Shown here piece after piece: positions 1-10,468 of a stretch of DNA of 64,000 nucleotides (position 1 is its first letter; each line of letters starts with the position of its first letter). Source of the stretch: Takakia lepidozioides (taxonomy: Eukaryota > Plantae > Bryophyta); the NCBI GenBank assembly GCA_030704615.1, contig CM060731.1, positions 28,458,001 through 28,522,000 on the forward strand. The letters run 5' to 3'. The translations under genes were made by a program, and so were the position numbers. Under the pieces are notes generated by a model, which worked only from the letters and a program-made list of their open reading frames with translations, was not told the origin of the DNA and ran no database searches.

Positions 1-30
1 CAAGGTACTACCGCAAAGTCTCCTATCATA

Positions 31-2934
31 GTGTCTAGCCCAATCATTGCTCAAATAATCCTTAATTCTGGCATACTTAATGCACAAGAAAGGAAGGAAA
101 TGGGAGTATTTGAGCCAGAAACAACTGCAATGGAAGAGCAAGGCTCTTCACACAGTGAGGGTGGACTAGCAGCCCAACCCGAGACTAAGAGGCAGAGAAG
201 GGGAAAGACTGTAGTGGCGGATCCACTGGCTTCACGGATTCCGCATGATAATGTTTCCCAAGCTCATGACCAGGAAGGGGCACAGCAGCACAAAAGAATG
301 TTATTACTGGAAGCAAGACCTTCAGAGAGGGAGGAGGAAGTTACTTCTGCATCACAGCCAACACAGCCACTTGAACGACTTGTCACAAGGTCACAAGTTA
401 TCCATGCAGCTCAACCCGAAATAATTGATTTGGAAAGTGAAGGGATAGATATTCCAACTACAGAACAGATAGTGGCAGAAATAGAGAAAGGGGACCTTCT
501 CTATGAATATTCTGGTCTGGTCAAGGAGACAGAATTCCCAGAGGTGCAACAGTTGCCCAAGGGAATCCTGAGGTGCATATAATGCACACACCTGTGTTGG
601 AGGTACCACAGGCGGAAGGTCATGACACTGTAACACCAGTCATAGATGAAGTAGTTCAGGAAGAAAATCCGGTGGGACAATGGCCTGAATGGTTAGTGAG
701 ACATCATACTGTTGAAGATCGGGAGGAACAACAGCAACCTCACCATGATGACCCTCAACAGGCAATGCTGATGAGTTCCATAGGCAGGACACTTAATTTG
801 TTGGGGACTTATGTCAAATCCCATGTTCCAATTACCCAATTGACAGCCTTGAAAGAGGAACTCAGGAAGGAGTTTGAGGCTCGACTTGCCACTGAGTGTG
901 CAAACAAGGTCGATGAAGAGGTCACTCTCAAGATGAAGCAGGACTTGGGCAATACAGAAATGGCTTTGCAGTTGGCCAAGCAACAATTGATTGAGGCAAA
1001 CCTCGCGCAAGACCAGTTGCACGAAGCACATAAGCAACAGCTATACCAAATGCAGGTGCAGCATGAAAGCAAGTTGCAAGAACTGAATGCACTACATACG
1101 GAGTTGCAGACAGTGCATAACAGGATGGCGATACAATGTGCTACATTTACAACTATGCTTGACCAATCAACAAAAGAAATAAACAGTCAAGCGGAAAAAT
1201 GTACGAAGGCAGAAGAAGAGAATGTTGAGCAAATGAAGCTCATTGTCGATATGAAGAATACAATCTGTCGCCATGAAGATACTTTCAAGCAATACAGGCA
1301 GAGGGAAGCTGATCAAGAGAAACACATCGTGGAGTTGCAACAAACCATCGTGGCCAATAGAAATGAAATCGCGGTCAGTAACAAGGCTTCGAAGGAAGCC
1401 AATAATCTACTTGCTGCCTATGCGCAATTGGTTGAGCCACAGGCGAAGCGCATGGAGGCTTTACAACAGCAGTTGGAATTGTACAAGCTAAGAGAGGAGC
1501 AAACTCTCAGGGGAACCACAAGCAGCTTGGTGGATAACAGCCTTATGCAGGTCTGGTTAGCACAAGGGCCAGTAGAGGGCAAACGCCCACGGAAGCTCAC
1601 CCAAAGCGAGATGAATGAGCTCAGACTGCAGGTGCAGAACATTGCCACAACTACTATAGACAATGTCTATAGTAGGATAGCAGAGTTACAAGAGGATGTA
1701 GACGGACTCCAGACTCAAGTGGAAAACCTCACTTCAAACATCGACCAAAGAGTCTATATCCCTCAGGAACAGCTAATGGCTTCTTATTTGCAAGCCAGAA
1801 CTCTGGCTTTTCAATCTTCACAGGAGGTGCAGGAGATGCCAATGATACAGGAGCCAGTACCACCACCACCACAACATGTCAGTGTACCAGTAGCTGAACC
1901 TGTGGTTACTACAACCACACCACAGCCACCACAGCCGGAGGTATGGGGCAATGCCGCTTTTAAATGTTCGATTTGGCTTGGAAAGAATTTAGTCCTCCGC
2001 AGTCATTCGCACATTACTACCAAATCATGCGTATTTGGCTGCCAGTGGCAACTAGGACTAAAGTTCTTCCAAACAATCGACATATTGAAGATCATCACTT
2101 TGCACAATACTGGCACGAGGCAGGTACCATGTTGAGGGAATTGGTTGCTTTCCAGGTTGTACATGGACTCATTTATACCAAGACCAAGGAGATAGCAAGT
2201 ATTGTCATGGGGTGCGGGCTATACTACGCTGCTTGTTTTCTGGTACGTTACCACATTGAGCAACAAAAGATGCAAACACGCTTTCAAAGTTACTCCAGTG
2301 GAGATCATTGGGTATTACCTTCGGTGCCACCTCATATGTACCTATATGACCCAAAAGTTATGATGCAGAAGGATTCTCAAATTCGTTCATGGTTTCAAGC
2401 AGCCTGCAACCATTTGTCAACACAGAAATTCGGACTTCATGACATTTTCTATAAGGGACATGTGGCATGGAAGTACTTGCACGCTGCACCAGTAATTGGT
2501 ACCCCACTCATCTGGACAGACAAGGAGCTCAGTGCCTACACCAATTTTGCTGTTCAGCGGTTACACCAAGTTATAAAATACAAACTTCCAGACATGGTAG
2601 GACAACATTGTATGCCCCAGATGATTCCACAAAAAGTTAGAAATTAAAACACCTGAGAGGCGATGAGGATTCTGATACAACTGTTTCTTCACAGAATTCT
2701 TTTGACATGGGAGAAGACTATGCAATTCAGATGGAAGAGAAGAAACAAAGGGGATCTCCTATGCCGGAAAGATTACCTCGATATCAGCCTCCAGAAGGCC
2801 TCACTTATCCAGGTAGTGATCAACCATCTCCATCAACCAGAGACAGACCTCGGGCTCGTACACACAGCCCACCACGAAACTATCAACGTCAACAAGGTGC
2901 TCACTCACAAAGGTTTGCTACTCGAAAACAGTAA
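31..2934 (+). pseudogene. Large extra ORF (coiled-coil, unknown function) in the 3' internal region of an LTR retrotransposon, split into 4 frames
   Basis: ORFs 31-582, 573-2135, 1964-2647 and 2707-2934 overlap or nearly abut on the same strand and run up to a PPT and LTR. There is a long Q/E/L heptad region and no RT/IN motifs. Confidence 0.6.
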
Positions 2935-2956
2935 ACCGTGAGGAACACGGCTTTTT

Positions 2957-2970
2957 GAGGGGGGAAGGGG
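2957..2970 (+). promoter_or_regulatory. Polypurine tract of LTR retrotransposon
   Basis: gaggggggaagggg, 3 nt before TG at 2974, preceded by a cgtgaggaacacg hairpin. Confidence 0.8.
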
Positions 2971-2973
2971 TAA

Positions 2974-4089
2974 TGTTAGAGGACTGTAGGGGACTTAGAC
3001 ACTTATACGGGATCTGTAGGGTACCCTTAATTTTGCACAGACTGAGACCAATGAGCCTTAGGGGTGACAGCAGCGCACTGTAGAGGGGGTTACACAGCCC
3101 GTCACAGTCGTCACAGCCCACACAGCCAACACAGCCCGTCACAGTCGTCACATCAGACACAGCCCACACAGCCAGTCACAGTCGTCACAGCCCACACAGC
3201 CAACACAGCCCGTCACAGTCGTCACAGCAGACACAGCCCAACACAGCCCGTCACAGTCGTCACAGCAGACACAACCACACAGCCAGTCAACAGCCCGGCA
3301 CAGCCCACACAACCCACACAGCCAGTCAAGCCCGGCACAGCCCACACAGCCAGTCACCCACAGCCACACAGGCACAGCCCTGCACACCCCACCCAGTCAC
3401 AGCCCGTCACAGCCCGACACAGCCAACACAGCCAGTCACCGCTTGACACAGCTGTCACGATAATAGGGAACGAAGAGTAGGACAGGGAACGACTGTTTTG
3501 GAACAACACCTGTGAAGGGACATGTTAGTTCACAGCCGACGGTTAGAGAGGGAAACGGTTAGAACCGCGGATAGGAGGATAAAGGGAGAAACGGGGAATG
3601 AAGGGGGATCATCATTATTCGAGGAGGACTTCGGAGTCAGGCTGGAGTCGTAGGTCGGAGGCAAGAGATGGAGAGCACGATGAAGGAGAAAAGAGGATTA
3701 GTAGTATGCTTGTTATATGCAAAGCTGTAGTGATATTGGAAGCAATTAGAGACATAATGGCTTCGGCCTGATACCTGATAAAATCATAATCTGATACATA
3801 TACGATACAATCACACTGTGTAGAGAGATCTGAGAGAAGCTGTGGATTGAATGGATGAGTGAAGGAAACCGATAGATTGATGAAGCAAACTGATACTTAA
3901 TTATCAATGCCAAAGGTAGCTAAGATGAATGCGGAAAGGGAAACGCATAGGAAACACGCCCTGATACACTAGCTGTAGTGTCATGACTGATTGTTCTGCG
4001 CGGGCTGAGTACTTAGAGATTTCCACTCTTCTATCTTGGAGTTTCCGCCTCGGATAGTGAAGGGATGGGTGAGTAAAAGCCGCGCGACA
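2974..4089 (+). mobile_element. 3' LTR (TGTTAG...CGCGACA) of a Ty3/gypsy-like element, with an internal CACAGC-rich repeat at ~3090-3440
   Basis: TG...CA ends, PPT upstream, homologous inverted copy at 20684-21447, sharp junction into the 95-bp array at 4090. Confidence 0.85.
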
Positions 4090-4593
4090 CTAAGTCCCTG
4101 GACGGCAATAGGGCCTACAACTGGAAAATGGCGCCGAATTTCCACTTCAGGGCCAGCCAGTCTAGGGACTTAGCCCGAAAATGGCTAAGTCCCTGGACGG
4201 CAATAGGGCCTGGAACTGGAAAATGGCGCCGAATTTCCTGTTCCGGGCCAGCCACCCTAGGGACTTAGCCCGAAAATGGCTAAGTCCCTGGACGGCAATA
4301 GGGCCTGGAACTGGAAAACGGCGCCAAATTTCCTGTTCCGGGCCAGCCACCCTAGGGACTTAGCCCGAAAATGGCTAAGTCCCTGGACGCAATAGGGCCT
4401 AGAACTGGAAAACGGCGCCGAATTTCCAGTTCCGGGCCAGCCACCCTAGGGACTTAGACCGAAAATGGCTAAGTCCCTGGACGGCAATAGGGCCTGGAAC
4501 TGGAAAATGGCGCCGAATTTCCAGTTCCGGGCCAGCCAGTCTAGGGACTTAGCCATTTTCGGAGCCCTGACTGGAAATTCGGCGCCATTTTCC
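4090..4593. repeat. Tandem array of ~5 x 95-bp units, each with two hairpins
   Basis: ctaagtccctgg recurs at 4090, 4185, 4280, 4375 and 4469. Inverted repeats: agggacttagcc-cgaaaat-ggctaagtccct and ggaactggaaa-atggcgccgaa-tttccagttcc. Confidence 0.95.
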
Positions 4594-4659
4594 CTAACAC
4601 CACTTGAGGCCTCTAACATCTTGAAATGCCGGGACTTGAAAGAAAGGCAGCGCGTATGT

Positions 4660-7600
4660 ACCTGTACAGAAGGCGCATTGCTGCTTTGTCCGCGTTCGGC
4701 TGGTCGGTGAACTCGTGGCTCCGGCGAGCATCTGCTATCTCTCGAAAAAATAGGTTGGTTTTAGTCCTTAGTCAGGAGATATCTCCATCTTGAACTGATG
4801 TGCTTGTGTGTCTAGCTGCTCTTGCGCATTCGTCGTCACCTGTGGAGATTGTCCATCAGATCGCTTTCCTCAAAAAATACAATGAATCCACCCCCTACTA
4901 GAGTAGAAGCCCCAAACGAAGCGTGGGAAGTACCTGAATCCACCATGTCATGCGGTTCATCCACATGTCGAATGTGGGGTCAGAGAGTTTGTCTGGTTTG
5001 GGGAAGCTCCACATGTCCCTGGTACTTTGGGAACCATTCCAGATTTGGAGCCACCGGGTCTGTCCAACCACCCAGCATATTCGTAAGCGCCAAACACCAC
5101 AAAAACGAGTTGTTGCCACCACCAATTTTGTTAAGAATGTATCACCTTTTCTGTTGCATCCACACAGGATGTGGCTAGACGATGGAGCTTCTCCAATGTC
5201 ATCGTGGGCTTCAGAGCGCGAGAGTAGTGCTTCCCCACCTCCACCAGAAAGTCGGCACCAAGGGCGGGATCAGCTATGGCCTCGTACTTTATCATCCGCG
5301 ACTTGTACTTTATGCGGGCCCTCACCTCCGCAGCTTTGACATACGATTCGAGTTCCGGGAGGGTTGGATTCTTCTCCTCTGACTCCATGTAGAACCTCCG
5401 CGCATGTGCCAAATCCTGCTGTATTTTCGTCTGTCAAGAATGCGCACATAAGATTAGAGATCCTGCTCAACACAATTTCTTCTATTGGGGGAGGAGAGAC
5501 AGATTAGCTCAACAAAATTGTCAGGAGCTTTACCCGAAATATGTAGTCCACCATGGCATCGACGCTCAGCCTATACCAGGTTCTGTCTGCCTTTGCCTCC
5601 GACTTGCGCAGGAGGTCGGCACTGAGGGAATTGGCAAACTCTTGCACCCCCTGCTTCCCGACATCCTTCACTCGGAAGAGCATATGGGACAAGTTGGTGG
5701 CAATGAAGCATTCTCAGTCACCCTGTAGTGCCACATTTCCATCAAACAATACTGAAATGGGAATTTTCATCATATATGAGGATTCGCAATGAAATGACTT
5801 CCAAATTCAAAGTCCAAAAGCGAGAGGGGTTGTAGCTTACGAGTTGATGTCAGCCATTGCAGCTTTGAGAAGACTGCGATCTTTGGGCCCCACAACCTTC
5901 AGCACAACACAATACACGGCGAAATGCCAATCGAGGTCGTTGGGGTGGGCTTGGGCAATGTGCTCCATCCATGCCAAGAGGCGATGATTGCCGTCCCACA
6001 CGTAGAACATCTTACCGGACAAGTGCTGGAAAAGAGGATCACTAGCAATCGATCTCTCGAACTCCTCATTTCGCGTTTGCCAATGGGGACCCCATTTGTC
6101 CACCTCATCGGAAGTGTGGGCACGGGAAGCTCCGTGGTCGTTCTCAATGGAAACGTAAAAACGCGGCAGACCCCATTCGATATCCATCCCGGAAAGAGAA
6201 TTTCAGCTTGTCGATATCGCCTGGGAGGGCAGGTCTCACCACCTGCAATGACACCAAGCGGCAAAGGGGAATTCGAAGCTTGGCGGGTACACCATGCCCC
6301 CCAGCACCCTGCCAATGTTGCTGTGGGTTGCCTCCAACATCTTGGCAGCAGCCAACTTCATATCCGCCTCAGACATGACGTCTGCTGCAGAGGGGTTTTC
6401 CGGCAGCCCACCAGGACCGCCAAATCCAGCCTGAATGCTCCGGGTTTGGGGCCTGGGGATGTCTGGGAGGATGTCATCCTGGTCAGAAAGCTCCCTGTCG
6501 TCCTCCTCAACAGGGTCAGCCACCTGCGAAACCACCTCCAGCACTCTCCCCGTCTGTACTGCCCTCTCCCTGGCTTCACCTCGAACTTGCACAATCCGTG
6601 CTCTTTCAGGTGTTATTTCCTCTCCTCCACTCTTCACCGTATGGGTAATTGCGGGGGCTGCTCTTGCCCGCGATGGTCTAACCGGTGTCTTACTGCCTCT
6701 CTGTGGTGTCTTGGAGGGATCCACCATCTCTGTGCGTCCCTCGCTTACATTGGCATCTGTCATTTGGGCACCCCTGGCCTCTTCAGCTGCCTTTTCTCTT
6801 TCCTCCTGGCTAGCATTCTGTCTCGTCTGTTCTTTTGCCCTCTCTTTTGCCCTCTCACGGGCTTTCTGTTTCTTACTAGGGCTAGCAGCAGGGGAGCCCT
6901 CCAGGACGACCACCTTGATTGAGGCGAACTGACACCCTCGCGCGCACTGCTCACTCCCCCCTCCGCAGCCCGTGACTGCTCTCTCGCCGGGGATTGCATG
7001 TGCTTAGCTTTCTTCTTTTTCTTTGCGTGGGCGGGCCCTACTGCATGTGCATGAACAACCTCCATTGCCGGATCTGCTGTCCTCATGTCCTCACACCCTT
7101 CACCTGCCATGCCGCCTGCACCAACCTCCCCAATGCCTACTCTGTCGTACTCTCGTTGCAAGTCCTCCAGTCCACCAACAAAAGGTTTAAGTTTGCCTCT
7201 CGCCCCAAGTTGGGCGATTCAAACATGCAATGAGTTGGAGCTGTCGATGATACCACCAGCGTGCCGGGCTCGTCGTCACTCTGTCATTGACAAAAATCGT
7301 GAAAACCAACATCGGTGCAAAAAGCAGCATCGCAACGAGCAGCGCAACCACCATAGCAACAATCGTGTAGCAAAAATGAAAACATAACAAGTTTAGGAAG
7401 TATGGAGAGCCATGCAACAACAATGAAAACAAATGCAACCATTGCCTGAGAATGACATGCACAAGCAGCCTTCTCCAGAGCTGCCGGATTTGCACACGCA
7501 TTGCAAACAATCTAAGGTTCACTCAACTATCTAAAGTTCACTCATACAGCGAAGCCAGGATGAAGATGCAAAAACAAAGCAAGGTAACAAAGCGAAAGCA

Positions 7601-7954
7601 AAAAATAAATCGAACAAACCGAAAGCAGAAGTGGCTTGCCTGAGAGTACTCGGCTTCAGTTGGCGCAGGTTGTGAGCAAGACACTGGAATCTCCTGCTGG
7701 AGCTTCAGTTTGGCCATGCGAGAGATTGGCCGTCGTCCGTAGTACAGAGCTTTCAACTTCCGCCGCGGTCTGGATGTGAGGTCTCTCTCAGGAGAGCCAC
7801 GCCCTTCAGGCGGCATAAGTCCCAGCCAAAAAGATCTCCTTTTTTGGGGTACATGCCTCGAATAGCATGTAGCCAAGATTAGCATGAGATTTAGGGTACG
7901 TGTCCAGGAAGCCATGCGTCGCCAGCCCGAATGATAACCGACGGCGGTCGACAT
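4660..7954 (-). pseudogene. Multi-exon gene for a ParB/Sulfiredoxin-like domain protein with a long disordered N-terminus (frameshifted)
   Basis: Joined frames read ...IPLCRLVSLQVVRPALPGDIDKLKFSFRDGY..FYVS...KMFYVWDGNHRLLAW...AMADINS. Donors gtaagc (~5840) and gtaaag (~5533) have matching acceptors. Ends are approximate. Confidence 0.65.
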
Positions 7955-8029
7955 TTATTGCCCAACTGCGCAATTAAATGTCGGATGAAGCCCTCCATGT
8001 CGAATGAAAATCGACGTAAACAGTACCTG

Positions 8030-10170
8030 GAATTTCCAACGTAGAGGTAATTCGGAGCGCTGCACGATGGAATTCCGGCGCCGGATTTCCATCCTGCAGG
8101 TAATTCGGAGCGCAGCAGGATGGAAATTCAGCGCCGAATTTCCATCCAGCAAGGTAGGCGGCGCTGGAAATTTCCCTCACGCAGGTACTTCGGAAGCGCG
8201 CGGATGGAAATCCGGCGCCGATTTTGCATCCGCGAAGGTAGGGCGGCGCGCCAAATTTCCCTCACGCAGGTAATTCAGAAGCGCGCGGATGGAAATCCGG
8301 CGCCGGATTTCCATCCGCGCAGGTAGGGCGGCGCGCCAAATTTCCCTCACGCAGGTAATTCCGAAGCGCGCGGATGGAAATCCGGCACCGGATTTCCATC
8401 CGCGCAGGTAGGGCGGCGCGCCAAATTTCCCTCACGCAGGTAATTCCGAAGCGCGCGGATGGAAATCCGGCGCCGGATTTCCATCCGCGCAGGTAGGGCG
8501 GCGCGCCAAATTTCCCTCACGCAGGTAATTCCGAAGCGCGCGGATGGAAATCCGGCGCCGAATTTCCATCCGGCATGTAATTCGAATACCGGATGAATGG
8601 AAATTCGGCGCCAAATTTCCATCCAGCAAGGTAGGCGGCGCTGGAAATTTCCCTCACGCAGGTAATTCGGAAGCGTGCGGATGGAAATCCGGCGCCGGAT
8701 TTCCATCCGCGCAGGTAGGGCGGCGCGCCAAATTTCCCTCACGCAGGTAATTCCGAAGCGCGCGGATGGAAATCCGGCGCCGGATTTCCATCCGCGCAGG
8801 TAGGGCGGCGCGCCAAATTTCCCTCACGCAGGTAATTCAGAAGCGCGCGGATGGAAATCCGGCGCCGGATTTCCATCCGGCATGTAATTCGAATACCGGA
8901 TGAATGGAAATTCGGCGCCGAATTTCCATCCAGCAGGTAAGTGGAATCCCGGATGGATCGAAATTCGGCGCCAAATTACCATCCTGCAGGTAATTCGAAT
9001 CCCGGATAAATGGAAATTCGGCGCCGAATTTCCATCCAGCAGGTAAGTCGGATCGCTGGCGTATGGATATTCGGCGCCGAATTTCCATTCGCCATGTATT
9101 TCATCGCTGAGAATTACCTTCCTGCAGGTAATTCCTCGCTCAGAATTACCTTCGTGCAGGTAATTCTGAACAAAGAATTACCTTCCTACCGGCATCGATA
9201 GGAATTACCTGCAGGATGGTAATTCTCATCTGGGAATTACCTGCAGGAAGGTAATTCTCAGCGATGAAATACATGGCGAATGGAAATTCGGCGCCGAATT
9301 TCCATCCATCCGGGATTCCACTTACCTGCTGGATCGAAATTCGGCGCCGAATTTCCATCCATCCGGGATTCCACTTACCAGCTGGATGGAATTTCGGCGC
9401 CGAATTTCCATCCATCCGGGATTCCACTTACCTGCTGGATGGAAATTCGGCGCCGAATTTCCATCCATCCGGGATTCGAATTACCTGTAGGATGGAAATT
9501 CGGCGCCGAATTTCCATCCGGGGGATAGTCTCAGTCGGAGAGGTGCCGCCTCTCCGCCGCTCTGTTGGATATTCGGTGCCGAATTTCCGTCCGGGGGTTG
9601 AAATATGACGGCCAGGTGCCGACCTCTCCCCCCTCCCCGACTGCATTGGAACGGCCCCGGATTGAAATTCGGCGCCGTTTTCCCATCTGGGGAGGTTTTT
9701 ATGTCGGCCAGTTTTCGGTCTGACCCCCCGACAAGACTTCCTTTGGGGGGGCCCGGATGGAGATTTGGCGCCGAATCTCCATCCAGGGGATGCTCTCTGT
9801 CGAACACGTGCCGACCTCTACGCCCGAGGCGACTTCATCCGGGCTTCCCCTGTTCGATATTCGGTGCCGAATTTCCGTCCGGGGGTTGAAATGTGACGGC
9901 CAAGTGCCGGCCACTCCCCCCTCCCCGACTGCATCCGAACCGCCCCGGATGGAAATTCGGCGCCGTTTTTTCCATCTGCGGATGTTTTTATGCCGTCCTG
10001 TTTTCGGCCTGACCCCCCGACACGACTCCCTTTGGGGGGCCCGGATGGAAATTCGGCGCCGAATCTCCATCCAGGGGGTGTTCTCTGTCGCACACGCGCC
10101 GGCCTCTGCGCCCGAGGCGACTTCATCCGGGCTTCCTCTGTTGGATATTGGGTGCCGAATTTCCATTCGG
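8030..10170. repeat. Array of ~27 GGCGCC-centred palindromes (85-bp units, then ~53-bp units, then a ~290-bp duplication)
   Basis: Perfect 38-bp palindrome GCGCGGATGGAAATCCGGCGCCGGATTTCCATCCGCGC at 85-bp period (8287, 8372 variant, 8457), plus GGATGGAAATTCGGCGCCGAATTTCCATCC variants. Confidence 0.95.
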
Positions 10171-10468
10171 GGTAGTAATGTGACGGCACGGTGCCGGCTT
10201 CTCCCCTTCAGCCGTCATCATCCGGACGGCCCCCCACTTTCTGACTGCATACCGTTGGCAGTTATTGCGCAAAGATCAGGGGCCGCATTCCGGAGACAAG
10301 GTTCATTAACACTCTGACTGTGGATTTTTGAGATAGTTGGCTCCCTGGATTTGGATCAGGCTTCGTCGCTCGGACAAATCGGCATCGCATTCATTCTCAT
10401 CGCTGCACCCCCTTCTACCAGGGAGCTTCCCCGCACGCCATCCTGGCAGTCTTGTGTGCACATCTCCC

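Noticed and set aside
3064-3480. Thr/His/Ser-rich ORFs
   Set aside because: Translations of the CACAGC repeat inside the LTR.
5924-6922. 332-aa plus-strand ORF
   Set aside because: Antisense shadow of the ParB-like gene; no motifs.
8030-10170. CRISPR-like array
   Set aside because: The spacers are themselves repeated, there are no cas genes, and the context is eukaryotic.
7955-10317. Many MEIRRRIS-type ORFs
   Set aside because: Translation artefacts of the palindrome on both strands.
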